Assembly (NCBI RefSeq): GCF_017068455.1
Contig: NZ_CP070608.1
Span: forward strand, 1,157,488-1,221,487
DNA from: Fulvivirga lutea
GTDB lineage: Bacteria; Bacteroidota; Bacteroidia; Cytophagales; Cyclobacteriaceae
Length of the DNA: 64,000 nucleotides
Reading direction: 5' to 3'
Program-made: the position numbers and the translations under genes
Notes under the pieces: generated by a model
Databases searched by the model: none
Told to the model about the DNA's origin: nothing
Seen by the model: only the letters and a program-made list of their open reading frames with translations
Part shown: in pieces, positions 1 through 9,789 of the stretch
How the letters are laid out: each line of letters begins with the position of its first letter
Position numbering within the stretch: position 1 is the first letter of the stretch

Positions 1-1
1 T

Positions 2-511
2 CAGGATCCTTCATTGGAGGAGATGGCAACCACATACCCTACTACTGAGGAAGAACTTTCCCAGATTAATGGGGTAGGTATGGGTAAGGTCAAGAAATTT
101 GGGCAGCCATTCCTGGAGTTGATCAAAGAATATGTGGATGAGAATGAAATTACCACAGCTTCCAATGTGGTGGTTAAGTCATCTGTAAATAAATCCAAGC
201 TTAAAATATTCATTATTCAGCAGATAGATAGGAAAGTAGATCTAGATGAAATTGCTGAATCAAAAGGCATTTCATTCGAAAGTTTGCTGGATGAAATTGA
301 AAACATTTGTTATTCGGGCACAAAACTCAATCTTGATTATTATATCGATGATATCCTTGATCAGGATAAGCAGGAGGATATTTTTGAGTATTTCCTAAAT
401 GCTGATACAGATAGCATTGAAGATGCCTTGGATGACGAAGATAACGATGACTATTCAGAGGAAGAACTTCGACTTATGCGTATCAAATTCATGTCTGAAT
501 ACGCCAACTAG
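2..511 (+). CDS. C-terminal fragment of a RecQ-like ATP-dependent DNA helicase (HRDC/HhH region); the 5' end lies upstream of the window
   Basis: The frame is open from the window edge (codon phase of pos 2) to the stop at 509-511; the ORF track only shows the part from a TTG at 14. The motif LSQINGVGMGKVKKFGQPFLELI resembles the HRDC helix-hairpin-helix region of RecQ, followed by an acidic tail. Motif memory only. Confidence 0.45.
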   Translation, partial: QDPSLEEMATTYPTTEEELSQINGVGMGKVKKFGQPFLELIKEYVDENEITTASNVVVKSSVNKSKLKIFIIQQIDRKVDLDEIAESKGISFESLLDEIENICYSGTKLNLDYYIDDILDQDKQEDIFEYFLNADTDSIEDALDDEDNDDYSEEELRLMRIKFMSEYAN

Positions 512-553
512 AATATTATCCTCTTGCCAATTATCTCCTTAAATACAATTGTA

Positions 554-561
554 TAACTTTG
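554..561 (+). promoter_or_regulatory. candidate Bacteroidetes -7 promoter element (TAACTTTG, consensus TAnnTTTG) upstream of purD
   Basis: An 8-mer matching TAnnTTTG lies 27 bp upstream of the purD ATG; a TTG sits about 20 bp further upstream. Confidence 0.3.
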
Positions 562-588
562 CCTCTTTCTGAAAAAGCATATTATTAG

Positions 589-1878
589 ATGAACATATTA
601 GTATTAGGAAGTGGCGGCCGTGAACATACATTGGCCTGGAAAATTTCACAAAGTTTTAACTGCACTCAGGTGTTTGTGGCCCCTGGCAATGCAGGCACTG
701 ACTTAATAGCCGAGAATGTAGATATACAGGTAAATGATTTTGAAGCAATTGGCCTGTTTGCTGTAGAAAATGAGATAGATCTTATTGTTGTTGGGCCGGA
801 AGACCCTCTAGTAAACGGTATCAGAGATTACTTTGAGGCAAGCGAAGCCCTAAAGAAAATTAAAATTGTTGGACCGGGTAAAAAAGGTGCACAATTAGAA
901 GGGAGTAAAGATTTTAGTAAATCTTTTATGCAGAAATATGGCATACCAACCGCTGAAGCAAAAACCTTTACAGCAGATACCTTAGAAGAAGGCTTTGTGT
1001 ACTTAGACAATTGCACGATGCCCATAGTGTTAAAAGCAGACGGTTTAGCAGCAGGTAAGGGTGTTGTTATTGCAGAAACGAAAGAGGAAGCGAAAGAGAC
1101 TTTAAGGGCTATGCTAGTGGATAAGCAGTTTGGTGAAGCAAGTTCTAAAGTGCTTATCGAGCAGTTTCTTGATGGTATTGAATTATCAGTCTTCGTACTT
1201 ACTGATGGGAAGGATTATATAGTGCTACCGGAGGCTAAGGATTATAAACGTATTGGAGAAGGCGATACTGGACCAAACACAGGTGGAATGGGAGCTGTAT
1301 CACCAGTGAAGTTTGCTGATGAATCTTTCATGAAAAAGGTAGAAGATACAATTATTAAACCTACCGTTGATGGACTGGCGAAAGAAAAGATAGATTACAA
1401 AGGCTTTATATTTATTGGTTTGATGAATGTGGCCGGCAACCCTTATGTGATAGAATATAACGTTAGAATGGGTGATCCTGAAACGCAGGCCGTAATACCA
1501 AGAATACAAAGTGATATAGTGGATATGCTGGATGCTGCGGCAACCGGTCAATTACACGATTACAACCTTGAGATCGGAGATTTTACTGTAGCAGGTGTGG
1601 TGTTGGTTTCTGGTGGTTATCCAGGCAGTTATGAAAAAGGAAAATCAATCCAGGGATTAGCGGATGTCACAGAAACATTAGTGATTCATGCTGGCACAAA
1701 ACAGGAAGATTACGAAGTATTAACAAATGGTGGAAGAGTGCTTACCGTTTTAGGAAGAGGCTCTGATCTTGAGGAAGCCCTGAAATCGGCTTATACTGCT
1801 GTCAAATCAATATCCTGGGATGGCATGTATTACAGAAAAGATATCGGGAAAGATATTTTATCAGCACGGATAGTTTAA
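589..1878 (+). CDS. purD: phosphoribosylamine--glycine ligase (GAR synthetase)
   Basis: 429 aa; N-terminus MNILVLGSGGREHTLAWKI and an ATP-grasp core (GPEDPLV, KADGLAAGKGV) are classic PurD. Confidence 0.93.
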   Translation: MNILVLGSGGREHTLAWKISQSFNCTQVFVAPGNAGTDLIAENVDIQVNDFEAIGLFAVENEIDLIVVGPEDPLVNGIRDYFEASEALKKIKIVGPGKKGAQLEGSKDFSKSFMQKYGIPTAEAKTFTADTLEEGFVYLDNCTMPIVLKADGLAAGKGVVIAETKEEAKETLRAMLVDKQFGEASSKVLIEQFLDGIELSVFVLTDGKDYIVLPEAKDYKRIGEGDTGPNTGGMGAVSPVKFADESFMKKVEDTIIKPTVDGLAKEKIDYKGFIFIGLMNVAGNPYVIEYNVRMGDPETQAVIPRIQSDIVDMLDAAATGQLHDYNLEIGDFTVAGVVLVSGGYPGSYEKGKSIQGLADVTETLVIHAGTKQEDYEVLTNGGRVLTVLGRGSDLEEALKSAYTAVKSISWDGMYYRKDIGKDILSARIV

Positions 1879-1924
1879 AATTTTGAATTATTTATCTTTA
1901 TTGACGGACTAAAATTGATGAACG

Positions 1925-3091
1925 ATGGGATGCGGTACGTGTAGTTCAGGAAGTAAAGTCTCTGGTTGTAACAATAATGGTGGTTGTCAAACTGGAGGGT
2001 GCAATAAAATGAACGTTTTTGACTGGCTATCTAATATGGATATGCCGGTTGTAGATAAATTTAATGTGGTAGAAGTACGTTTCAAAGGCGGCCACAAGGA
2101 GTACTTCAAAAATTCCGACAACCTTGATCTAACAACAGGAGACGCAGTGGTAGTAGATGTCCCTAATGGGCATCATATTGGCCACGTTTCTCTACAAGGT
2201 GAGTTAGTACGTCTTCAGATGCAAAAGAAGAAGATTAAGAATGACGATGAGATCAAGAAGATTTATCGCATTGCTCATCAAAAAGACCTTGAAAAATATG
2301 AGGAGGTAAAAAACAGAGAGATGCCTACTCTCTATAGAGCACGCCAAATTATTGATGATCTTAAGCTTGAAATGAAACTTTCGGATGTGGAGTATCAGGC
2401 AGATAATTCTAAGGCAACATTCTATTACTCAGCGGATGATAGAGTTGATTTTAGAGAATTAATAAAACTACTGGCTGGCGAGTTTAAGATACGAGTAGAA
2501 ATGCGCCAGATAAGCCTAAGACAAGAAGCAGGAAGGCTAGGCGGTATTGGCTCATGTGGCAGAGAGTTATGCTGTTCTACCTGGCTTACCGATTTTAAGA
2601 GTGTCAGTACCAGCGCAGCCAGGTATCAAAATTTATCATTGAATCCGAGTAAACTTTCAGGTCAGTGCGGCAGGTTGAAGTGTTGCCTCAATTATGAATT
2701 GGACACCTACATGCAGGCATTAGAAGATATTCCAAAAATTGATCGGCCATTACAAACAGAAAAGGGTATAGCCAAACTTCAGAAAACTGATATTTTTAGA
2801 AAAATTATGTGGTTTGGTTATGACGATGAAAACACCTGGCACCCGATCAATATCAAAAGAGTTAATGAGATTCTTAAACTGAATAAGGCCGGCAAAAAAC
2901 CTGCCTCCCTGTTAGAAGATGATGAAGCCGGCAAAGAGGAGGTAAACCTGAATAGTGATTTGGAAAGAATGGATAATAAATTCAAGACTAAATCTAAAAA
3001 TAAGGGTAAGAAGAGGAACAAGCGAAGAAAGAATAGAAACCAAGGCCCAAATCAAAATCAAAACCAAAATAAGCCCAAACGTTCTGAATGA
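1925..3091 (+). CDS. PSP1 C-terminal domain protein (YaaT/RicT-like) with a Cys/Gly-rich N-terminus and a basic QN-rich tail
   Basis: 388 aa; the core KFNVVEVRFKGGHKEYF...GSCGRELCCSTWL...CGRLKCCLNYE is typical of PSP1/YaaT-family proteins. The N-terminus is MGCGTCSSGSKVSGCNNNGGCQTGGC and the C-terminal tail is KNKGKKRNKRRKNRNQGPNQNQNQNKPKR. It overlaps the next gene by 4 bp. Confidence 0.6.
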   Translation: MGCGTCSSGSKVSGCNNNGGCQTGGCNKMNVFDWLSNMDMPVVDKFNVVEVRFKGGHKEYFKNSDNLDLTTGDAVVVDVPNGHHIGHVSLQGELVRLQMQKKKIKNDDEIKKIYRIAHQKDLEKYEEVKNREMPTLYRARQIIDDLKLEMKLSDVEYQADNSKATFYYSADDRVDFRELIKLLAGEFKIRVEMRQISLRQEAGRLGGIGSCGRELCCSTWLTDFKSVSTSAARYQNLSLNPSKLSGQCGRLKCCLNYELDTYMQALEDIPKIDRPLQTEKGIAKLQKTDIFRKIMWFGYDDENTWHPINIKRVNEILKLNKAGKKPASLLEDDEAGKEEVNLNSDLERMDNKFKTKSKNKGKKRNKRRKNRNQGPNQNQNQNKPKRSE

Positions 3092-3561
3092 AGTATTTCT
3101 ATCTATTAGTAATTCTAGCAGTTTTCTCGGCTTGCGATGAGAACAGGGTATTTGAGCAAAATGCCGATCTTGACAATAAAATATGGATGGCAGATTCTAC
3201 ATTAAATTTCCAGTTTAATGTACCCAAATTGGATGAGGAGTATAACCTCTACTTTAATATTAGAAATACAGTAGCGTATCCTTATGAAAATATTTACATT
3301 ACTTACTCTTTAAGCGATACGTTGAACAACCAGCTTAAAAAAGAGTTAGTAAATTATAATCTATTCGATCCTAAAACTGGAGAGCCTTATGGCGATGGTT
3401 TGGGTGATGTTTTCGATCATCAATTGATACTATTAGAAAATTTTAAATTTGAGCAACCTGGCCCATACAAATTTCAATTACAGCAGTATATGCGAATGGA
3501 TTCTCTGCCTGAAATTATCTCAGCAGGAATACGGGTTGAGAAGGTTGTATTGCCTAAATAG
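3088..3561 (+). CDS. gldH: gliding-motility lipoprotein GldH-like
   Basis: 157 aa; lipoprotein signal with Cys (LAVFSAC|DEN). The size and residue pattern resemble Flavobacterium GldH. It is translationally coupled to the PSP1 gene, an adjacency I recall from Bacteroidetes genomes. Confidence 0.55.
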   Translation: MKYFYLLVILAVFSACDENRVFEQNADLDNKIWMADSTLNFQFNVPKLDEEYNLYFNIRNTVAYPYENIYITYSLSDTLNNQLKKELVNYNLFDPKTGEPYGDGLGDVFDHQLILLENFKFEQPGPYKFQLQQYMRMDSLPEIISAGIRVEKVVLPK

Positions 3562-3573
3562 TTATTCTGAACT

Positions 3574-4914
3574 ATGAAAATAATAATAGCCGGAGCTGGA
3601 GATGTAGGATTTCACTTGGCAAAACTTTTAGCCCATGAAGGTCAGGATATCGTGCTCATCGATAGAGATCCGTACAGGCTTAAACAGGCGTCCAGCAGTT
3701 TGGATGTTGGTATTATTAAAGGGAATTCCACTTCTTACTCCATACTTGAAGAAGCCGATGTATCTACTGCAGACCTACTAATTGCCGTAACTTCTTCAGA
3801 AGAAACGAATCTTGCTACATGTATAATAGGCAAACATTTAGGGGCAAAGAAAACGGTTTCCCGAATCCAAAATGTGGAATACCTGCTGAGCAAGGAGAAA
3901 TTGGATCTGAAGGATTTAGGCATTGACGAAATTATTTCCCCAGAGTCATTAGCCGCCAAAGAAATTAAAAGACTACTAAAAGAAGTAGCGATTACAGATA
4001 CCTTCGATTTTGATGAGGGTAGGCTCTCATTAGTGGGTGTTCATATTGATGAAACCAGCGCCTTAAATGGTAAAACACTAATTGAGATGGCGCATTTAAA
4101 CCCATCTCAAAATTTTATTACTGTTGCCATTTTACGTGATAATCAGACCATAATTCCACATGGTGATAACAGATTTGCAGTGGGAGACCATGCGTACTTT
4201 ATTGCACAGCCCGATGGTGTGGAAAGTGTACTGAAATTATCAGGAAAGAAGAAACAGGATATTAAAAATGTGATGATCCTTGGTGGTAGTAAAGTAGGAT
4301 TTCATGCCGCCAAAAGCCTGAGCAGAAAATTTAACGTGAAGCTTATTGAAAGCGATAAAGAGAAATGCTTTGAGCTAGCCGATCAGTTGAAGAATGTAAT
4401 GGTAATAAATGGTGATGGTAGAGATGTGGAGTTACTGGAGGAGGAAAGCATTAGCGAAATGGATGCTTTTATTGCCGTAACCGGTAATTCTGAAACAAAC
4501 ATTATTTCATGTTTGGTGGCTAAGAACCACAATGTAAAGAAAACCATCTCCCTGGTTGAGAATATCGATTATATCCACTTATCGCAGAACATTGGTGTAG
4601 ATACCATGATCAACAAAAAGTTGATTGCCGCTAATTTTATATTTCGATATATAAGAGAGGGCGATATTATTTCACTTACCAGTATTCATGGTGTGGACGC
4701 TGAGGTTTTGGAGTTTATTGTAAAGGCCGGATCAAAGATTACAGAAAGAGAAATTAAGAATCTGGAATTTCCTAAAGGAGCCATTATTGGCGGTGTAGTG
4801 CGTAATGGCGTTGGTTACACAACGATGGGTAACTTCCAGTTTAGACCTAAAGACAGGGCTGTGGTTTTATGCAGACCTGGATGCATTAAAACTGTAGAAG
4901 AATTTTTTAAGTAA
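3574..4914 (+). CDS. trkA: Trk potassium uptake system NAD-binding subunit TrkA (two RCK_N/RCK_C repeats)
   Basis: 446 aa; two Rossmann motifs (MKIIIAGAGDVGFHLAKLL and VMILGGSKVGFHAAKSL) give the classic duplicated TrkA architecture. Confidence 0.9.
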   Translation: MKIIIAGAGDVGFHLAKLLAHEGQDIVLIDRDPYRLKQASSSLDVGIIKGNSTSYSILEEADVSTADLLIAVTSSEETNLATCIIGKHLGAKKTVSRIQNVEYLLSKEKLDLKDLGIDEIISPESLAAKEIKRLLKEVAITDTFDFDEGRLSLVGVHIDETSALNGKTLIEMAHLNPSQNFITVAILRDNQTIIPHGDNRFAVGDHAYFIAQPDGVESVLKLSGKKKQDIKNVMILGGSKVGFHAAKSLSRKFNVKLIESDKEKCFELADQLKNVMVINGDGRDVELLEEESISEMDAFIAVTGNSETNIISCLVAKNHNVKKTISLVENIDYIHLSQNIGVDTMINKKLIAANFIFRYIREGDIISLTSIHGVDAEVLEFIVKAGSKITEREIKNLEFPKGAIIGGVVRNGVGYTTMGNFQFRPKDRAVVLCRPGCIKTVEEFFK

Positions 4915-4947
4915 AATAAGTACCTTTCGGAGTCATCCGAAGATAGA

Positions 4948-6402
4948 ATGAGGTTCAACTACAAATTAATCACAAGTTTTACAGGAATGCTCCTGGTTAT
5001 CAATGGTGTATTTATGCTATTGTGCCTGCCGTTCTCGATATACTATGATGAACCCATTTATTCTCTTGGACTGTCTGGCCTTATAACAGCCGTATTTGGC
5101 AGTACCATATGGTATCTTACACGAAATAACGAAAGTCGCGAGTTAAAAAAGAAAGATGGCTACCTGATAGTGGTATTAGGCTGGTTGTCTATGTCTGTAT
5201 TCGGGTCCTTACCTTATTTGATATCTGGTTCTATTCCTGATTTCACCAATGCCTTTTTTGAGACCATATCGGGTTATACTACCACTGGTGCTTCAATTCT
5301 AACAGATATTGAGGCTGTTGATAAGGGAATTTTATTTTGGCGAAGCCTAACCCAATGGATAGGTGGTATGGGAATTATCGTTCTGGTGGTGGCGATTCTT
5401 CCAATATTAGGTATTGGTGGTATGCAGTTGTTTATTGCTGAAGCCCCGGGCATCAGTCCGGATAAAATGAAGCCCAGGATTAAAGATGTTGCCAAGAGAC
5501 TGTGGTTTATTTATTTGGGCTTAACTCTATCTGAAATGGTGCTGCTTATGTTTGGAGGCATGTCATTCTATGATGCCATTAATCACTCACTCACGACCAT
5601 GGCTACTGGTGGGTTCTCTACCAAAAACGCCAGTATAGCCTATTATGATTCAGCGTATATTCAGTATGTGATCATTCTTTTCATGTTTCTGGCGGGTACC
5701 AACTTTACTATTACTTACTATGGCTTTAAAGGCAAATTCACAAAAGTTTGGTCGAATGAAGAGTTCAGAAATTACTTTACCATTGTCATTGCTCTTTCCG
5801 TATGTATTGCCTTTTTTGTATTTTCAGATCAATGGGAAGGCTTTGAGAAATCGTTTAGAGATTCTTTGTTTCAGGTAGTTTCTATTGTTACAACCACTGG
5901 TTATGTAACAGCGGATTATACTGCCTGGGCACCCTTTCTTACCGTTATATTTTTCTTATTGATGTTTTTAGGAGCTTCGGCCGGTTCTACTGCAGGTGGA
6001 ATAAAGGTGATCAGACATACCCTATTGTTTAAGAATAGCTTTTTGGAAATGAAGCGACAATTGCATCCTTCAGCTGTAATACCTGTTCGATTAAATGGTA
6101 AGGCAGTAAACAGAGACATTACCTACAATGTACTAGCCTTCGTTATGATTTACCTACTCATTTTTGGGTCAGGAGTTTTTTTAATTTCCTTTACGGGAGT
6201 AGATTTTAATACTGCATTGGGAGCAGTAGCTACCAGTTTAGGCAACATTGGTCCGGGATTAGGTTCAGTAGGGCCGGTGTACAATTTTGCTCATATCTCA
6301 GATTTTGGTAAATGGCTTCTTTCCTTTCTTATGCTATTAGGTAGGTTGGAACTATTCACTGTACTGATGCTTTTTAACCCGAGCTTCTGGAAGAAGTATT
6401 AA
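4948..6402 (+). CDS. trkH: Trk potassium uptake system membrane subunit TrkH
   Basis: 484 aa polytopic membrane protein with repeated pore-loop-like GYTTTG/TTTGY/ATGGFS motifs; it lies directly downstream of trkA. Confidence 0.88.
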   Translation: MRFNYKLITSFTGMLLVINGVFMLLCLPFSIYYDEPIYSLGLSGLITAVFGSTIWYLTRNNESRELKKKDGYLIVVLGWLSMSVFGSLPYLISGSIPDFTNAFFETISGYTTTGASILTDIEAVDKGILFWRSLTQWIGGMGIIVLVVAILPILGIGGMQLFIAEAPGISPDKMKPRIKDVAKRLWFIYLGLTLSEMVLLMFGGMSFYDAINHSLTTMATGGFSTKNASIAYYDSAYIQYVIILFMFLAGTNFTITYYGFKGKFTKVWSNEEFRNYFTIVIALSVCIAFFVFSDQWEGFEKSFRDSLFQVVSIVTTTGYVTADYTAWAPFLTVIFFLLMFLGASAGSTAGGIKVIRHTLLFKNSFLEMKRQLHPSAVIPVRLNGKAVNRDITYNVLAFVMIYLLIFGSGVFLISFTGVDFNTALGAVATSLGNIGPGLGSVGPVYNFAHISDFGKWLLSFLMLLGRLELFTVLMLFNPSFWKKY

Positions 6403-6583
6403 AACTGGTTAAAAAAACCAATCTGACTTTACAGATTTTTTTTCAATTCCTTATAATTGCACCTGATTTTTTAGTCCATGCTGGGCTACCCAAACAAAGC
6501 GATGCTTTGATCTGCCTTTAGGGTGAATTATAAAAAGTATAATTCGGGTAAAATCAAGGTCATATTGGTTAAAATTCTGTTTT

Positions 6584-7504
6584 ATGGATATTAAGATTGA
6601 AAGTTTGACAAAGACCTACGGACCGCAAAAGGCGGTAGATGAAATTTCATTTGAGGTTAAAACAGGTGAAATCCTAGGCTTTCTTGGACCAAACGGTGCA
6701 GGAAAAACAACCACCATGAAAATGATTACCAATTACATTGCCATAGATCGTGGTGATGTGTCCATCGGTGGGAATTCCATTAAAAATCAAGGCGATAAAT
6801 TAAGAAGGCACATTGGCTATTTGCCGGAGCATAATCCGCTTTACCATGATATGCCGGTGATCGATTATCTTGAATTTTCAGCAGCGCTACAAGGAGTGCC
6901 TAACCACCTTGTACCTGCGAGAGTAAAAGAGATGGTGAAACTCTGCGGGCTAAACGCTGAAAAACACAAGAAAATTGGTGAGCTATCAAAAGGATACAGG
7001 CAACGTGTGGGGCTTGCGCAGGCTATGATTCATGACCCAGAAATACTTATTCTTGATGAGCCTACAACAGGTCTGGATCCTAACCAGATTGTAGAAATCA
7101 GAAAGTTGATCAAAGAAATCGGTAAAGAGAAGACTGTCATTCTTTCTACCCACATCCTTTCCGAAGTGGAGGCCACTTGTGATAGAATTCTGATTATCAA
7201 TAAAGGAAGAATAGTTGCAGATGGAACAGCCGAAACTCTGAGAAAACAAGCCAAAGGTCAGGAGCTACTAACCACTAAAATAGAAGATGGCTCTGCTGAG
7301 GAAATTGAAAAGGCCATTCGTGAATTGCCTTCAGTTGCGTCAGTAGAAATTAAAGGTGACGGCAGATTTGAGATTCAGAGTAAGCCTGAAATGAGCACAG
7401 CCAGAGATGTATTCTCTCTATGTGTGAAAAATAAGTGGGTGATCACTGAAATGACGCCATCAGTAACTAAGCTGGAAGATGTCTTTAGAGACTTAACAGC
7501 CTAA
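6584..7504 (+). CDS. gldA: ABC transporter ATP-binding protein, gliding-motility GldA-like
   Basis: 306 aa; Walker A GPNGAGKTTT, signature LSKGYRQRVGLA and Walker B ILILDEPTTGLD. It is followed by ABC-2 permease and GldG-like genes. Confidence 0.75.
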   Translation: MDIKIESLTKTYGPQKAVDEISFEVKTGEILGFLGPNGAGKTTTMKMITNYIAIDRGDVSIGGNSIKNQGDKLRRHIGYLPEHNPLYHDMPVIDYLEFSAALQGVPNHLVPARVKEMVKLCGLNAEKHKKIGELSKGYRQRVGLAQAMIHDPEILILDEPTTGLDPNQIVEIRKLIKEIGKEKTVILSTHILSEVEATCDRILIINKGRIVADGTAETLRKQAKGQELLTTKIEDGSAEEIEKAIRELPSVASVEIKGDGRFEIQSKPEMSTARDVFSLCVKNKWVITEMTPSVTKLEDVFRDLTA

Positions 7505-7531
7505 TCAAATTATTTATAGATAAATCAAAAA

Positions 7532-8266
7532 TTGATAACAATGAGATCGATTTGGATTATAGCGAAACGAGAATTACAATCATTTTTTGATTCGCTGATA
7601 GCCTATATCATGTTGATATTGTTTTTAGGCTTTAGCGGATTTTTTACCTGGATTTACGGAGCAGATGTATTTCTGGTGGGCCAGGCAAGCCTACAGAGTT
7701 TCTTTGACATTGCTTTCTGGACACTATTCTTCTTTATTCCGGCCATTACCATGCGTATGTTGGCTGAAGAAAAGAAAACAGGTACCATCGAGTTATTACT
7801 TACCAAAGCAGTAACGGATAGAGAAGTGGTAATAGGTAAATTCCTTGCATGCTTCCTATTGGTAGCCATTGCTATTGCATTTACCCTACCTTACTACATC
7901 ACCTTAGCGAATATCGGTAATGTAGATTATGGTGCTGTTTGGTGTGGGTACTTAGGCTTACTGTTAATGAGTGCTGCATACGTGAGCATCGGGCTATTTA
8001 CGAGCAGCATCACCAACAACCAAATTGTTGCATTCTTGCTAGCACTTTTTATTGGGCTGTTTTTCCATATCATTTTTAATGTGTTGGCTTCTAACCTGAC
8101 AGGTTTTATGGGACAATTATTCCATACTTTAAGCCTTTCAGTACACTTTGAATCGCTATCAAGAGGCGTAATCGACACAAAGGATGTCGTGTATTTCTTA
8201 ACCATAGTAGCGTTAGGAATCATACTGGCAGAATCGAATTTGGCAAAAAGAAACTTATCTAATTGA
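7532..8266 (+). CDS. gldF: ABC-2 type permease, gliding-motility GldF-like
   Basis: 244 aa, 6 predicted TM segments; its position between gldA-like and gldG-like genes and its size match GldF. Confidence 0.65.
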   Translation: MITMRSIWIIAKRELQSFFDSLIAYIMLILFLGFSGFFTWIYGADVFLVGQASLQSFFDIAFWTLFFFIPAITMRMLAEEKKTGTIELLLTKAVTDREVVIGKFLACFLLVAIAIAFTLPYYITLANIGNVDYGAVWCGYLGLLLMSAAYVSIGLFTSSITNNQIVAFLLALFIGLFFHIIFNVLASNLTGFMGQLFHTLSLSVHFESLSRGVIDTKDVVYFLTIVALGIILAESNLAKRNLSN

Positions 8267-9789
8267 TCATGAAGACTAGAAAAGCATACTACTCATCAGT
8301 TTTGTTGATCATCGGAATTTTAATACTGATCAATATACTATCCACGGACTTTTTCGTTCGATTGGACTTAACAGAAAATAATAGATATACATTAAGTAAG
8401 GCAACTGAAGATATAGTTGAAAATCTTACTGAACCAGTAACAGTAAAAGCCTATTTTTCTGAGAATCTACCACCGAATGTAGCTCAAACTCGACAAGACT
8501 TTAAAGACTTGTTGGTGGAATATGCCAACCTTTCGGATGGTAATTTGGTGTATGAGTTCATTAACCCAAATGAAGACCCTCAGCTAGAGCAGGAGGCAGG
8601 TCAGGCTGGCATTAGTCCGGTTATGATTAACGTGCGTGAGAAGGATCAGGTGAAGCAACAGAAGGCTTTCTTAGGGGCTGTGATTGAAATGGGCACTCAA
8701 AAAGATGTGATTCCATTTATGCAGCCGGGTGAGGCTATGGAATATGCGCTAACAACCAGCATTAAAAAACTTTCTGTTGTAGATAAACCAACTGTTGGTT
8801 TAATTCAAGGGCATGGCGAACCTACTGTGCAAGACATGGCACAGGCGGCACAAGCTTTAACTGTGTTGTACAATTTTGAAAATGTAACCCTCACTGATTC
8901 TACCGAAATTCCGGCCAAGTATAAAGCACTTGCTTTAGTAGCGCCAAAAGATACCATACCGCCAATGCATTTGGCTAAGTTGGATGCATACCTGGCCAAA
9001 GGAGGTAAGTTATTGGTGGCATTGAATAAGGTAGAGGGCGACTTGCAGAATGCAACAGGTAATCTTGTGAATGTGGGTATTGATGACTGGTTATCAGGTA
9101 AAGGTGTTATCGTTGAAAATAAATTCTTAACTGATGCCAATTGTGCGGCAGTTACTGTTAGGCAGCAGCAAGGAAACTTCTCTTTTCAATCTCGCGTGCA
9201 GTTTCCTTACTTACCAATTTTAACCAACTTTTCTGATCACCCGATTACGAAAGGGTTAGAGCAGGTGATTTTGCCTTTTGCTAGTCCGTTGACCTTTTCA
9301 GGGGATACTACAGTGAATTACACGCCCTTGGCTTATTCATCGAATAAATCGGGTACTTCTACTGCGCCTACATACTTTAACATTCAGCAAAAATGGACTG
9401 AAGAAGATTTTCCATTGGGTGAGCAGACCGTAGCAGCTGCCATTGAGGGCAACCTTGCAGGAAATACCATGAGCAAAATGGTGGTAATAGGTGATGGAGA
9501 TTTCGCTATCAATAATAAAGGTGGCGGCCAGCCTCAACCTGTGCAAGAGGATAATGTGAGTTTGTTTGTAAACGGTATCGATTGGCTTTCTGATGATACT
9601 GGTTTAATTGACTTGAGAACAAAAGGTGTGTCTTCCAGACCTATCGACCAATTGGAAGATGGAATGAAAGCAACACTTAAGTGGGTGAACTTTGGAGCAC
9701 CTATAGTACTAGCCATATTATACGGGTTATTTAGGTCTCAACGCAGAAGATTACAACGCATTAAAAGAATGGAGGTGAGCTATGAGTAA
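8263..9789 (+). CDS. gldG: GldG-like ABC-transport accessory protein (N-terminal TM, large periplasmic domain, C-terminal TM)
   Basis: 508 aa; overlaps gldF by 4 bp. It has N- and C-terminal hydrophobic anchors (LLIIGILILINIL, APIVLAILYGLF) flanking a large soluble domain, the typical GldG topology. Confidence 0.6.
   Translation: MIMKTRKAYYSSVLLIIGILILINILSTDFFVRLDLTENNRYTLSKATEDIVENLTEPVTVKAYFSENLPPNVAQTRQDFKDLLVEYANLSDGNLVYEFINPNEDPQLEQEAGQAGISPVMINVREKDQVKQQKAFLGAVIEMGTQKDVIPFMQPGEAMEYALTTSIKKLSVVDKPTVGLIQGHGEPTVQDMAQAAQALTVLYNFENVTLTDSTEIPAKYKALALVAPKDTIPPMHLAKLDAYLAKGGKLLVALNKVEGDLQNATGNLVNVGIDDWLSGKGVIVENKFLTDANCAAVTVRQQQGNFSFQSRVQFPYLPILTNFSDHPITKGLEQVILPFASPLTFSGDTTVNYTPLAYSSNKSGTSTAPTYFNIQQKWTEEDFPLGEQTVAAAIEGNLAGNTMSKMVVIGDGDFAINNKGGGQPQPVQEDNVSLFVNGIDWLSDDTGLIDLRTKGVSSRPIDQLEDGMKATLKWVNFGAPIVLAILYGLFRSQRRRLQRIKRMEVSYE

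Noticed and set aside
828-1551. Antisense ORFs 828..1025 and 1300..1551 (and similar 60-110 aa ORFs inside trkA, trkH, gldA, gldF, gldG, nrdA, nrdB, lpdA, sucA, sucB and others)
   Set aside because: They are fully embedded, on the opposite strand or out of frame, in genes with strong family signatures. Their composition is hydrophobic or junk-like, and none carries a motif. They are artefacts of the six-frame track.
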